A DNA stretch of 63,117 nucleotides, filler included, from Rhabdomonas costata (lineage: Eukaryota), in the NCBI GenBank assembly GCA_019059605.1. It is 30 parts of 30 records of this genome, joined end to end, with 100 filler letters (N's around TTAATTAATTAA, not from the genome) between each part and the next. Parts side by side here need not be neighbours in the genome. Positions count along the whole stretch, not along the records: positions 10,546 to 12,552 come from JAHMHO010006484.1; positions 12,653 to 14,660 come from JAHMHO010006485.1; positions 14,761 to 16,768 come from JAHMHO010006486.1; positions 16,869 to 18,875 come from JAHMHO010006487.1; positions 18,976 to 20,982 come from JAHMHO010006488.1; positions 21,083 to 23,088 come from JAHMHO010006489.1; positions 23,189 to 25,195 come from JAHMHO010006490.1; 23 more parts are not named here. The stretch is one strand, 5' to 3'. A program made the position numbers and the translations under genes. The notes under the pieces are model-generated. The model was given only the letters and a program-made list of their open reading frames with translations, was not told the origin of the DNA and ran no database searches. Below are positions 11,688-24,945 of this stretch, piece by piece (the first letter of the stretch is position 1; every line of letters begins with the position of its first letter).

Positions 11688-12552
11688 CACTGGCTCATTA
11701 ACGTATTCGGCGGAATTGCCGCTTAGTTCTGCTGACGACCGAACTTCGTTGCGAAAGCTACTGCTCGTCCGTGAGCTCCCATTTGCGAGCACTAAGGAGG
11801 CCAAAGCCTTCCGTGACTCTCTCCTAATTACCGTGTCTTCCTCTCATCTGCCGCCGCGCCGGTGTGTGGGGCCTCGACACCCTTTGATTTTCGTGTGGAC
11901 GGTGAGCGATACCCACGCCGCGGCGGCGGCTCTAGGGGCTGAGTTCCCAGCGGCGTTCCTGGGAAGTCCTCGGCTGAGGAAGGTTGAGTTGGCGGGGATA
12001 ACCGACGCGAGGATCCGCACTCGACTTAAGGAAGTGCTGCGGTGCGAGGGAGTGAGCCTGGGTATGCTTCTTTCGCTGTCTCGCGGATCCTGAACCTGAT
12101 CCGAAAAATTAACTGAATCGACAGGGTGAACGTTTTTTTACCTTGTCCTAGTAGCATGGTTGCAGGCCCAACTTGTCACTCTTTGGTCTCCTTTTTGTCC
12201 TGGATGCCTTTATCAGGGTGACTGTTCTCTTTCCGGATTGGGGGTGCTGTGAACTGCAGTTCGCCAAAGAAAGATTTCCATACATTTTGGATGCTTGAGT
12301 ACAAATATTGCGGTTGACGACAGTGCAATTAAGCGAGACCGCGTATTGAAGTTTCGTTTCAGCTTACGTTAAGTAGTGGGAGGTTCTTTAAACCTAACCT
12401 TGAGCCCTGTGAATAAAATGGCCAAACCGGAAACACAAACCTGCACTTAGCCGCCATGGACATCGACAACCTGGCCGTGCAGGCGAAGGGGGACATTCGC
12501 TGCGCGCTGACCCAGGCGCAATGGCTCGCCCGGGGGTCCCTGCCACAACCCC
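11688..12552 (+). CDS. RAD17: Cell-cycle checkpoint clamp loader RAD17/Rad24-like, partial; exons ~11688-12061 and 12451->
   Basis: RKLLLVRELP (degenerate Walker B region), HPLIFV, FP..FL, ...RLKEVLRCEG, and in the next exon GDIRCALTQAQW (sensor-2, cf. GDIRSAINSLQF). Phase-1 G|GTATGC...ttag|CC joins them. Confidence 0.75.
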
Positions 12553-12900
12553 NNNNNNNNNNNNNNNNNNNNNNNNNNNNNNNNNNNNNNNNNNNNTTAA
12601 TTAATTAANNNNNNNNNNNNNNNNNNNNNNNNNNNNNNNNNNNNNNNNNNNNTGTGGTTGGTAAAAGAAAACGCAAGACATCAGCTATCGCTGTGGGCAC
12701 TTATATTTGGCGAAAAAAGAGTGTATGAGTATGACCAATCCAATGCAAACCTAATACCAGTTTCTTCCCCCCGCAAACAAAAAAACCGAAAGTCAGACCA
12801 AAAATGTTTAGAAGTGGCTTTAAAAAGAGACTCACACCAAAATACGGGCGCAGTTCAGGTGCTTTGGGATACCAACCAACTCGGTTGACAATGGTTTTGG

Positions 12901-12968
12901 AGGTATACTTCTAGAACAAAGAGAACAAAGAGAACAAAGAGAACAGGTATACTTCTAGAACAAAGAGA
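12901..12968 (+). repeat. Compound tandem duplication (AGGTATACTTCTAGAACAAAGAGA x2 with internal GAACAAAGA repeats)
   Basis: Directly visible repeat units. Confidence 0.85.
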
Positions 12969-13023
12969 TGTCGCCGTCAATGTGCAGCACAGTCTCCGGT
13001 ATATTTTTTCTCGAAAACCTCTG

Positions 13024-14001
13024 TTAAATGCTAAAGTGCCTCAACACAAAACGCACAAAAATGTCACCTTGGCCAGTGCTGCACGGGGTGCCTCCCGCCA
13101 GCGGGGTGGCCGGAGGCAGGCTGGTCGTCAGGAACCTCCCGATGCTCTCGAAGTACAGCTCGCAGCACCACGTGTCATTGTGCGTGCCGTTAGGCAGCGG
13201 CACAAACACCCTCCGAGAGGACCGGCCCTGCACAACGGGAGAAGGACGCACTCAAAGAGTGCGTTGTGGAACCTGCTGACTACCACCCGCTCTCTTTGTG
13301 CCACGAGGCGAAGAGTATATCACGCAGACTTCAGAAAGTAATATGAGGTCCTTCATGGGTTTACACGGCGACCGTTGCAGCCACCGTTCAAATAAAACGA
13401 TCCTTGAGGGAATCTATGACTCCCTCCGACTTTGCAGATGGATGAGACACCAAGGAGGCCAGATGCCGGATTCACTCAAACCCGCAGGCCCCCAACACAG
13501 GTTGAATCCGAACCCAACTTTCTTGCTCGACGGGTGCAATTTATTAGGGGGGGGGGGTTGTTTAGGGATGCACTTCAGCCATCCGATGGAAAGAGAGCTA
13601 AGGAGCCTCACGAGCAACGCTGTTTCTAGGACCACCAGGACCACATGCCTGAAAAAATTTTGCAGGAAAAGAACGTTCTGTGTTCAGCGCATACTTCTGC
13701 GCATAAGCGCGTGCAGCTCTGTGGCGAAGGCCCGATTCTTTATCCTAGGGAGGGTGAACTGCCTCACAGTGGAGAGAACGGGTGAGACATTATACGACTG
13801 GTCACGAAAACTCCGTTGCCTGCTCCCAAAAGACCCCACACACACACCACACCACTACCAAGAAAAGGGCAAGCGCGCGTGCAGCGGGGCACCGCTCGGG
13901 TGTATAAGTCGTGCATCTGCGACGGGGGAACCAGCTCGTCCTTCTTCCCGGATAGGAATAGGATAGGCTGCCGCAGTTTCCGCACCGCACTGACGCTATT
14001 C
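13024..14001 (-). CDS. Alpha/beta hydrolase, ABHD13/Bem46-like, C-terminal exons (14001-13893, 13227->)
   Basis: PILFLSGKKDELVPPSQMHDLY (catalytic Asp) and PNGTHNDTWCCELYFESIGRFL (catalytic His) match the ABHD13 family pattern. Confidence 0.88.
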
Positions 14002-14531
14002 CTTCACACAGAGATTTGGATAAAATCAGATAGAGAGAGAGGCATACGAGCAACTTCGTGTTATTGATGATTTTCCAGGAGGGGGCTCTTTGACATTGAA
14101 AAAGAAGCATTTTTCAGGTTTTTCGGGCACAGCTGGAGAGACTATTAAAAAAAAGAATGTTCTTCTCTAACCACCCCCACCATGGCGCAAAGGTTCCACC
14201 AGTAAAAGGGGGATTTGGGGGTTGGAAGGCGCACTCTGAGTTAGTCTACCCCCAACATCTTTGAAAGAAACTCAACTTACGGGGCCCCAATTTAGATGAC
14301 CGATGCTCTTCACCATTATATATTTTTAGCAGCAACAAAAACCGCAGACCCCCATAAAACGCTTGACTCATGTACCATTACCGTCAGAACATCAGCTCTC
14401 AAACATTTCTCTCTGCAACAAAGGTGTTCCTACGAAAACACACAACACGGGCACAGAATACAAAGAAAACACGGGAAAAAACCAAACCAATCCCCAACTC
14501 CAAGCCCGTGAAATGGCCGCTTTTTTTTTCA

Positions 14532-14652
14532 GGAAACGTCTTTTTAAGAGAAAACAGATGACGTGGGTTATGACTTCCTCCAGATCTCCCACCCCCGGGT
14601 TTGGAGGAAGTCATAACCCACGTCATCTGTTTTCTCTTAAAAAGACGTTTCC
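14532..14652. repeat. Perfect inverted repeat, 51-bp arms, 19-nt loop, at contig end
   Basis: 14532-14582 is the reverse complement of 14602-14652. Confidence 0.95.
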
Positions 14653-16492
14653 CAAAAAACNNNNNNNNNNNNNNNNNNNNNNNNNNNNNNNNNNNNNNNN
14701 NNNNTTAATTAATTAANNNNNNNNNNNNNNNNNNNNNNNNNNNNNNNNNNNNNNNNNNNNACAACGTTGTTGAATGCACAATGGAAAGAGCAAGCGAACG
14801 GGTTTTCGATCATTCTCCCCGCAAACACAAGAGAACATATCAGAAAGCACGTCCACGGGCAAAACAAAAGGCGTCAAGCCAGCGTTCAACGCGACCAAGG
14901 TTTTCGCACATCGCAGATTTCACCTCTGCCCAAAAATGGTGGTGGACATCCAGACATCCACAGAGAGCGTGCATTCACCGTGGAATTCGAATGTTAAATA
15001 CCTGAACATATTCCTACTGTTGTTTTCGACCCTTTCTGCAGCACATGATTTATTTTTACCTTTTTGTTTCGTGCGCGCCCGCCCGCCCCAATCGTTCGTG
15101 TCCTCGTTGTAGATGTGTTCATGTTCGTTGTATTCGTTATAGATACTAAAAGTATAAAGCAAGCAAACAAGCAAACTAGCCGTAAACTATGAACACTAGC
15201 TTCTTAGCCTCAGTAAAATGAAAACGTTTGGAAATATCAACGTTTGGAAATATTCATACAAGCTTGGCGCTGTTGTTGTGGCGTTCCCAGGAATTCGGTT
15301 GGAAACGCGTAGTTACCTTGCCGCGGTTGCTCAGGATCCTTCACGGTTGCTTTTTGGATTTCTCTGTTCATTTGATTCCCTACCATTTGTCTCTTACTCC
15401 CACCCGGTGCCCGGGAATGCTTGAATTTTTGACGTAAGAAAACTGTCCCACCACTCCGGCTAATGGCGGACCTCACGTTGTCTCTGAAGCCGAAGCTTCC
15501 TAGTGTGCTGGACCGCAGCCTGTACTTCGGGACCAGCTCGCCAAAGAAGCCCGCCGAGGTTTGTCGCGCACCGTTAAGGTATTAAAAATCAATCACGTAA
15601 AAGCACCAAGGTGAACCAAACAAGAAGACTGGTTTTTAACGACATCGGAACGGGTGGGATTGTTGCGTGGTGGGATGCGGCTGCGGTGAGGTTCGGGGGT
15701 CTCGGGGCATGAGGCACGGGTGAGCACGGAGATGCCCGTAAAAAATCGTTTTGTGTGCCTGGAAGGTGGATGGGGCCTTTTATTCATGCTTATTTATGCT
15801 CTGAACTGGCGCTGCATTCACCCTCCACAGTCGCGGGGTCATCCTTTTCTGTGTAAACAATTTTCTTTTTCGAGTAGGTCAGTTTGAGCTCGTTTTGCTT
15901 CTTCTTGAACCTACACCGTGGTGGGAAAAGGAAAATGGAGATATGTGTGGGCATCTGGGAGCCAAGCCCGTGCATACCGTGCATACCAGGTGTGAATCAG
16001 GAACCACCTCTTCCGTGGAGGATCCACAGACCAAAAGCGCAGAAGAACCAAAGGCGCACACACACACCCAGTGGCAGTTCCCAGTGAAGGCTATACACGC
16101 AAAAGGACCTATAGCCAATTTACACCCGTTTGGGTATTTTTCAGAGAAAAGGCGAACCTAGCAAATGGAATGCGGCCGCAATAAGTATTGGCATTGGCAT
16201 GATACGAAGCGTTACTGAGGGGACTGCGAGAAAAATCAGTACAACGACGGCCGTTGTGAACGCCCTACCAGCTGCCCGCCCAGCTAGAGACAAATCCGGA
16301 GGGGGTATTTTTCAGTTTAGGCATAAGAAAGTTCGTCCGTAGCATGCTTTGGCTGTTCGACCTGCTCTATTTTCCGTTTCCTTTCGAACGTACCAATTTT
16401 TTTGGAGCCGCTTCTACCGCTTGTTGTTCGTGGAATTAAGCGCTTGACTTCGAGCCGATATTGGATTTCTGCAAACGCACACACGGGCTCAC

Positions 16493-16556
16493 GCGCAAAC
16501 CACTTCTCCATGCCCCAGAAGCACCCCCCGGCGAAGGTGGCCTTCTCCACGGGCAT
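16493..16556 (-). CDS. msrA: Peptide methionine sulfoxide reductase A, first exon
   Basis: MPVEKATFAGGCFWGMEKWFA contains the GCFWG active-site motif and ends at a C|GTGAGC donor. Confidence 0.88.
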
Positions 16557-19126
16557 CAGAGCGAGCCTGGCGTGCCTCAAAATTTTCGATAAACGAAGAG
16601 AGAAGCCCGTCCCTGACCCACACACAACGGCATCGATGGGAGGCCCAACCCAATGCCCATCAACAGCAGCAACGCAAACGTTAACTTCGGTCTCACGCGC
16701 AGAGGCAACCCACCAACTTCAACCGTAGTATGGCTCGGTTGACATTAAAGATGAGAATTTCAAAAATCNNNNNNNNNNNNNNNNNNNNNNNNNNNNNNNN
16801 NNNNNNNNNNNNTTAATTAATTAANNNNNNNNNNNNNNNNNNNNNNNNNNNNNNNNNNNNNNNNNNNNCACCCTGGGGGGGGGGTGGTAAAATCGGGAGG
16901 TTTAGGTGCTGGGAATCCGCCGTTGCGAAAAAGTCATTTTCAGACAACGTTTTCCGTAATGGAATTGTACACCCCCCCCCCTCATTTTTCAATGTTGGTT
17001 AGCAAAACTGTCTTACCCAACATTGATAAGGGGGGGGGGCAAAACCTTGGTTGTTCAAAGTATTTTGGAAAATGTTGCTTCGTTACCAGTGGGCCGAGGC
17101 AGAATCGCCGATGACAACTAGGATTCTGATTTTTTTGAGAATGAGGCCGCTTGAGAAATAACGATTGAGTAGTCACCAAGCTGTGCCTGCTCCGTTTCTC
17201 ACTGCCGCCATGCTATGTTATGCGTCGCTTGTCCTTTCCTCGGTGTGGTTTTCTGTGCCCTGGGTCTGCTTGTGTGTGGGTTTCGTTATGGGCTTGCTCC
17301 CACGCTGTAGTTTTCTCCAATGTCTGCCTCTGTATGTGCACTTTGCTGTCGACGACCTTGATAACGTCTGTTCGTTTGTTCATTGCACTTCTTAAGCTTG
17401 ACTCCACAACATAAGGTAGTGCTATAGAATATGGAGGGGGGTACCTCTCCGTTTTTCTTCTATTTTAGCATGACAAAGGGTTTTGGCAGAGCTATGGGAA
17501 GTGAACTAGCGGAAGGGAATGGATGCAGAGCTTTGATGTTGTTTATACCCCAAAGAGACTTTTCACATGGCGCATTACCGACCAACACCAATACAAACAG
17601 GTCAAGTAGTACAAGCGGTAGTTGTGATGTGGCACGTCTATTAGCAGCTGTAATGATGGTACCGCATTTTCTCTGGCGAGAGGAAGGGACTATCGTTGTT
17701 ACGCCCGCTCGTGTCCATCCAGTTGATGGCATCGGTAAAACGCCGAGATTCAGAGACGCCCCTCGCTCTCTCTCTCTCTCTCATGTGGTGCTCTTCCCGT
17801 GCGTTTCCGTGGTGGGCTTTGGTCTTTTCTCGCTTCCCGCGCCTTGGGGCGAGACTTGCGGCTGCCCCCCCGTTTTTTGCCCGGGCCACGCACCCCCTTT
17901 TTATGCCCAGCCTTTTGCCTCCAGCAGCTTCCTTTGACGCTCGTGTTTCCTTGGGACCTCTCTTAGAAATTTTAGGTGGTGAAAACAAAGTCGCCGCCGG
18001 CCTAGCCACGAGATCCGACTAGGATCACCTTGAATGGCGGCCAACAGGTCACCTTTCTGAGATTATGAAAAATGGAAGGCTCTTGCTTCCAACCCCCCTG
18101 CTCGAACTCCTGGAGCCTCGGGGGCGCCATGCTGGGGCGCGCGTCCCGACGTGCGAACAAGCCGGGACACCACCAAGGACCTACCATTAGTAGGGGTTGG
18201 CCTTCACAAGCCGATACGCCTACAAAAGTAATCCACTTGCTTTCCACCAGTGGGTTTCCTGAGCGCAAAAAATACAGAAAAGAATCCACCTGGCTTCCCT
18301 ACTCTTGATCCCAGTCGGACCAGTCAGGTCCTCGACGAGAAGACATCAAAGATAACAAACGTGTAACCGCAAAAAGGAAGCACAGAGTACCACAGAGCAC
18401 AAAGGTAATCAACAGCACATTTAGGCAGGGACATGGGCGCCGCGAATGTCACGACCAGCAAAGACAAGGGGCCCCACGAACAGCTTACGTGAGCGAGCGT
18501 GACAAACGCCAGTGGGGTATCAGCATCTATTCGGTCTGTCCGCTACTTCTGTGCCCTCCTTCCTTCTTTGCGTTTCACCACTTCTTTTGGTCATTCTTTC
18601 CGGGCGTAGCCATACATGCAGGTTAACGCTTGCATCTGGGTTGGGTCCTGGCACCGCCGGAAGGAACCCTACCCATGGGTCATATGAAGCAACATCTCAC
18701 CCTCAGCATGGGAAAAGGCATCGTGTGTGGGGATTATCAACCTTCAGGCAGCCACTGTTCACCACAGCAGCGGTTGGCATCTTGCGTAATAGGTCCCTCG
18801 GGAAGATGAACATCATGACATCAGCCCGACCCCTACACACCACGATTTTTTCAATCCACAACTTCGACAACATCANNNNNNNNNNNNNNNNNNNNNNNNN
18901 NNNNNNNNNNNNNNNNNNNTTAATTAATTAANNNNNNNNNNNNNNNNNNNNNNNNNNNNNNNNNNNNNNNNNNNNGTGTTTGTTTGAATGAAGGGTAATT
19001 TTCAATTGCAAGGAAATGAACTTTAAAGGGATATGAATCGCAGGTTTTCCCGATACGATGCTCTACAACGGCACCTTTGCTTTGCCCTGTGTGTGCTTGG
19101 GCCTTGGCGTTGATTTTTTGATTCAG

Positions 19127-19989
19127 CCAACCCGACGTGTGCGACCTACTATTCGGCCTGCCCCACGGACTACGTCGCAAACAGCGTCGGCACGGTTTGC
19201 TCCACCTCCGTGTGCAGCCAAAGCGACTGCTGCTCGGGTGTGCGTGTGCGGGGGGTATAATTTGTGCACAGAACTCGAAGCAGAATGAGGATAGGAACTT
19301 GACAGGGATTCTCAAAGACAGTGCAGTGCCCCCTTTCCTCCTTCGTCAGTGCTGGTCCAGCGAAGCGCAACTCGCGATGGGACATAACAACATCAAGGAT
19401 TGGGACCCTGCCTTGACATCTGGAAGCACAGGGGCTGAATCGTCGATGGAAAAAGCCCTAATATGAGCAAAACAAAAGTGGAAAAAATTGACATGAAAGT
19501 CAATACCAGCCGGGGCCAATCGAGCATGGTCCCTTTTCCCACTTCCCCCACCCCGTTTGTTTAATCGAATTTGCTCCTTGTTGTGCGTTATTTTGCGTCT
19601 TTTTTGTCGGCTGCCACGTGTGTTCATGTGTGCGGAGTCGGTTTTGAGTTTCTGAGCAGTGGGCGATTAACACGGAAAGTTGTTGAGTCCTCAGATACGG
19701 AAACATCTTCGAAGTTGCCGCAATTGAGTCGCGTCGGGCAAGCGGAAGTTCTCTGAGCGTTCACGTGGCGGTCTGTCTGTCTGTCTGTCTGTCTTTCTCT
19801 TTCTCTGTGTTAGCTTCGTCCGGGGGCACCGGCACCGGAACGGGAGGCCTCGCCTCTTCTTCCAGTGTCATGATTGCAGTGGTGACCCTGCTGGTGCTGT
19901 GCCTTGCGGCGAATGTGCTGATCAGTGTGTGCCTGTGGTGGTGGCGTAGGAAGGACGACGACTGGTACAAGAAGGGCCTGGGTTTGTGA
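19127..19989 (+). CDS. C-terminus of a Cys-rich single-pass surface protein (exons 19127-19237, 19814-19989)
   Basis: NPTCATYYSACPTDYVANSVGTVCSTSVCSQSDCCS joins in phase 1 to a G/S/T linker, a hydrophobic TM (VMIAVVTLLVLCLAANVLISVCLWWW), an RRK stop-transfer and a stop codon. Confidence 0.7.
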
Positions 19990-20699
19990 GCGCAGCGCGT
20001 GCCCCCCCCCCTCCCACATAGTTTTGAGATCGGCACAGGCTCTCGTGCAACGTGCCCAACATTGCCTAGCAACTTTGGAATTGGGTTGCTGCAGTGAGGA
20101 GCTCCCATTTTTCGCTGGGTTTGGCGCGTGGTCTTCCCGCGCCTTCCACGTGCCCGCTTTGCACGTGGGTACGATTTCAGGGGATTGTTTTTGTCACCCT
20201 TACCCATCTGCTACATTCGCAGCGAGTGTAGGACTGTGACGCAAGGCTGGGGGGGGGTGATGCCATTACTTCTCCGTCTTTTCCTCGTCCTTTCTCCCTC
20301 TCTCACTCACGCTTCTGCCTAAATGTTGGGTGCTGACTTCCTTCAGAGAGGGCACGTGCACCACGAGGCAATTCGCTGGCGTTCAAGTTCCTTCCCGCTG
20401 ACGACGCTACTCCAGGTGCAGCGCTTTGGGGACGAGAGCAGGAGCGGTGGGAGGTGGGGGACTTCGTCAGAGTATTCTCTCTGAAAACTTCAGATCTGGA
20501 TTCGTCAGGGGCGGGCTCTGCAAAAACGTCAGAGATAGAGGTTTACGCTGAGCTTCTGAGAGCTATGCCTAGCGATGAGGCCAAACCGTAACGTCATCGC
20601 TCTCCTCCTGCCATTTGGTTATGTAAGGCTTGGTGTCGGGCGAGCAAAGGTGAAGCAGAGCTCGCGGCATCCTTCACCCAGGACCGAGCCCTCAAACAG

Positions 20700-20982
20700 C
20701 GGGCAATGTCGTGCCCCCGGAGCGCTTCTACAGCGACTGCTTCAAGCAGGACGCCGCCTGGGAGACAGAGCTGCGCTCCCACCTGCAGTCGCACCAGGCC
20801 ATCCTGGACAACCCCAACGCCCTTCAGGTTGCCGCGCAGTCCTTGGCCAGCGCTGGGGCTCCAGGCGCGGAGTCCCTGGCCACGCAATGCCTGGCTTACT
20901 CGACGGCACGGCACCCCGAGCACAGCCGGGCTGTGGCGACGTGCCGGTGGTGGACTGCGACAAACTCGGAGGACCCCTCAAA
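20700..20982 (+). CDS. Exon of an unidentified protein
   Basis: GC3-rich open frame (VVPPERFYSDCFKQDAAWETELRSHLQ...) after an acag| acceptor. Confidence 0.5.
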
Positions 20983-21791
20983 NNNNNNNNNNNNNNNNNN
21001 NNNNNNNNNNNNNNNNNNNNNNNNNNTTAATTAATTAANNNNNNNNNNNNNNNNNNNNNNNNNNNNNNNNNNNNNNNNNNNNTCGAATTTTGGACCCAAT
21101 TTTTGTTTGCAGCAGTCACACACGGCATGCCCGATATATATCAGATTACTAATATATATCTATCAATGATCAGTCAATATATATCAAGACTAATATATGC
21201 CAAGTAAAACAAACAGTCAGTGGGAAGCGGGAGAAGACGAAAAGACGTAGAGTAGTCTGATTTTTTTAGCCTACGTCCGTGACACGATTGTTGCGTTGTG
21301 GCGTAACCTCCCCCCTGACCGTAAGGGGAGTTAATACATTACCACAACTCCTGCTTTGGGCCGCAGCATGATCACCGGGTTTTTTTTTTCCAACTAAGGT
21401 TGGATGCTTTTTTACCAACCCACTCTTGAAGAAAGAACAGGTCCCAAGGGGGTTGTAATGACTAACAAACGCCGCCCATGCCTTAAATTTGCGCACGTGT
21501 ATGGGCAAGGCGTGCTTCTCCGAGAATGAGCGGGGACAATCCAACAAAGGCATTGTAATTCAGAGGAACTCAAGCAATTATTGAAATAAGAACATGTGAT
21601 ACTGTTGTGCCTATTCAGCTGTTATACGTGTAGCATTCAGATGTTATACATGTAGCTCACTTTACTGTGACACTTTTATTTATATCAACAGTGTTGACGT
21701 ATGGGCGAACACAACTGCACATTTAATTGCGACTTAGTTTTTTCGGAGGGCATTCTTTTCCATTCTATTTTTTTGTGCTTCTGCTTCTCAG

Positions 21792-23088
21792 ATTCGCAGC
21801 CTCTGGTCAACTCCGCTCCGGATCAGCAAACTGTTGTGGGGTACAGCAACCCCTCCACCTCCTGCGTTTCCTCCCTCCCGTCCTCGACTTGGTCGTCTCC
21901 CACCAACCCTGGCTTGACCCTGCCGCCCAGCGCAAACGCTGACTTTCTGGTATTTTCCCCGTACACTTTGAATCACAGCCAGACCTATTCATTCCAGGAA
22001 ATCGTGCGTACCGTCTCCACTCCGCCCACCACTCTGGAGCTGACCTACACCGTGCGAATTGCCAGAGGGGCAGTGGTGGTGCTCTTGGATGGCCCTGCCG
22101 TGGCGCATCTCCCGTCCTCTGGTGGGGCATTGAGTTTTGATGTGAGTCGAAGCTACGATTCGGGGGTTTCTCCAGCCCTCCGCCTGCCCGCCCTGCAGTA
22201 CTTCCAGCTCAATTGGACGGTCTGTGAGATTACCGTGCTGGGATGTTTGGATCGCACCTCAGAGACATTTTGGGCGGGGATCGTTGCGGAAGCAAAGCAA
22301 ACGGGGAAGTTGACGCTGCAAGGGTCTTTGGGACTGGGAAGCTTTCAGATTACCGCCCAGTTGACTGCTCCGGATGGTTTGCAGAGCAGCGCTTCAGCCC
22401 AAGTACACGTACATGCGGGGTCTATACTGGCTGCAATCGGATGGGTGTGCGCGTGTGTGCGTGAGCGGGCCCTTGATTTCTCTTGTTGTTCTCCTGTGAT
22501 TGTGACATTGTTTAAAGCGATTATATGTCGTCTTTTGAGGGAACATGAGGAATTGAGAGATCCTTTTTCTTAGACGGATTTCACACCACCCAAGAAAAAG
22601 CAGAAGAATATGATAATTTATTACCGGCTTATGAGCGTGGTGGGCAAAAAGGAGAAGTTGAGCAAGAAGAGCCGAGAGCCAAGTAAACTCTGCATGCAAT
22701 GGGTGGTGTTTGATACGGATGAGAATTTATTAGGTGGATTTGCAGCGATTTTAAATGAACCTGAATCCATTGGTCTCATTCTGATGCGAAATGCTTCTTT
22801 TGCGAACGCAAAAGTTTGAAGATTGTTGGTGCTTATTTGCAAGGATTTATCCTTGTCTCTCTGCTGCTGAGCCAGTATGATTCAATTAAAATGAATGTTG
22901 ATGTGCATTCTGCTTGTTTGTTAGGTGCGCTCTTACGACGGTCAGACGGCATTCAATCCGAACACCCCCCTCCGGGTGTGGAGCAATGTGTCTAGCTCGG
23001 CTCAGTCTTTATCCTACGCGTGGACTCTCCTTGATGCTGCGGGAACGCTGCCGCTGTCCGGGGTTTCCCTTTCCAGTCACCAACAAAA
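21792..23088 (+). CDS. REJ/PKD-like domain surface protein, partial (exons ~21792-22445, 22925->)
   Basis: LVFSPYTL...TYSF, LSFDVSRSYDS...LNWTVC and LSYAWTL are typical beta-sandwich motifs of REJ domains. Confidence 0.65.
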
Positions 23089-23260
23089 NNNNNNNNNNNN
23101 NNNNNNNNNNNNNNNNNNNNNNNNNNNNNNNNTTAATTAATTAANNNNNNNNNNNNNNNNNNNNNNNNNNNNNNNNNNNNNNNNNNNNTGTGGTGGGTGT
23201 GGGTGGGGTTTGTGGTCACTTTCCGTGCTTTTTGTGAGTGGTATGCATTTGGCCACTAAG

Positions 23261-24945
23261 CTGTGGATTTCGGAAGTCTTCAAGAGCGACCCCGAGGGCG
23301 ACCGCTTCTGCGAGCGGCAGCTGAGTGACCACTTCGCGGGGTACCACACCAAGTGCTGCTCTGTGGGCTCCGCGTTCGCAGACGAAAGGGTGACCCTATG
23401 TCCATATCCCATTGTTTCACTCAATGCGCGCTTGCAAGTCTCCCACAAAATTCGAGCCACGAGCCTCTGAGGCCGCCTGAGGACTGATTATTGCAATCTC
23501 CGACTGCCCCCCCCCCTTCCCGGACACCTCCCACAAACGCTTTTAAACTTGAGGTGAAGAGTTTTTTCATTTTCCCATGTGGTGCCTGCGGGCAATATTA
23601 AACGCTTTTGTGTAGATTGGATTGCCAAACGGACATTACGTAACCCAAGTTCCCAGTGCGCGCTTCTTCGGGATGCATGATGAGCGGTCAGACATTCCTT
23701 TTCCGATTGCGAACCGCAACCGAACGCACACCCACAAGGGGTTGCCTTCTTCGCTGGAAGCAAGCGCAGCCTTTCGCTGGGGCCTCCACAAGACAGGCGG
23801 GCAAGACTAGTGCGGTGTTGAGTCCGAGCAGAGGTGGCAATTGGCGGCATGAGTTAGCACGAGAGGAACACTCCTGCCAGACCTACGGATTTCACCATGA
23901 GGGTGGAACCCTCGTCCTTGCTGCGTTTTCGCTCCTTCAGGAGGGGCAGCTGGCACACACGTGCTGCCTGCTCCCATCCTCCATCGGCTCTCCTATTCTG
24001 CGGATCGCGGACTGGGACGCCACATCCGCCTTCATCCCGTTCGTGGGCATAAGTATATCCCTTGCGCGAGTTTGCAGATGCACGACCCCCGCCACTGACC
24101 CCACCCAGTATCGCACTGTCCCCTCCTTGTTCCGCTAGATTCAAGAGCAAATGGTTAAATTCGCGGTATGAATTGTCATGGAACCTCTACCTCCAAGGGG
24201 AAAATGAACGAGAATTGTAGTTCATGGTCACCGCGCTATACCGAAATTCGATGGGAAATCAGCGGCTTGGTCAAGGAAGCACGCAGGGAACAGTGCCAGA
24301 TGCTTTTCTTCAGGTGTCTCTTCTCCGTATATATACACACACACTCCTTATACGCGCATACAGATTGTGGGCGCAGCAAGACGGACATTCTGATCAACTC
24401 CGATCCTGATTCTCCTGAAAAGAAGTATCAGCTCAATGCGCATCTGCTCGCCCTCGGGGGGGGGGGTTGGTCGGCATTTTTCACTAATCACGATCACTGA
24501 GCTCGTGCTCGCGTAGTTTACTCCAGATAGAAACTGCTGGGGTTTTCCACCCATCTCTCATGCTAGGTTCGCTTTTTTTGTTTTTCTTTTGGCTGTGCGC
24601 ACATGCCCACCTATCCGCCCATCTGCTTCGAAACTTTGAACGTGCGCCTCTCTCCGCAACTGCTTCCTGCTCATGTGACTCTTGGCCGTTGCGCTATTTT
24701 CGTTTGTACCTCGAAAAATAAAAAAGTTTCCGCTGAGAAAAACACAATAGCCATTATCTCCGCTGAAGTCCCGGCCCAAATCCTTGTTCTAACGGTACTC
24801 CCCTCCAAGAATCGCTGAGGGCACCCCTCTATGTTTCGCCTGTGTTTTGTTTGTGCTTGTGCACGGCTTCCGTTGATGAGAATTGCTCATTGACATTTCT
24901 TTCTCTTATCGCTGTTCTGGGGGTTCTACCAGGTGGGCCTATCTA
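23261..24945 (+). CDS. Multi-exon unidentified protein fragment
   Basis: Several GC-rich coding-like blocks with plausible splice signals (LWISEVFKSDPEGDRF..., EEHSCQTYGFHHEGG..., CGRSKTDILINSDPD...). No family recognised. Confidence 0.4.

Noticed and set aside
12049-12062. A further GA donor (GAG G|GAGTGA) in RAD17
   Set aside because: A canonical in-phase G|GTATGC donor 12 nt downstream explains the junction.
14532-14652. 51-bp perfect hairpin as a terminator, ncRNA or hairpin telomere
   Set aside because: It is at the extreme contig end, as is the 46376-46443 hairpin. A fold-back amplification or assembly artefact is the simplest explanation.
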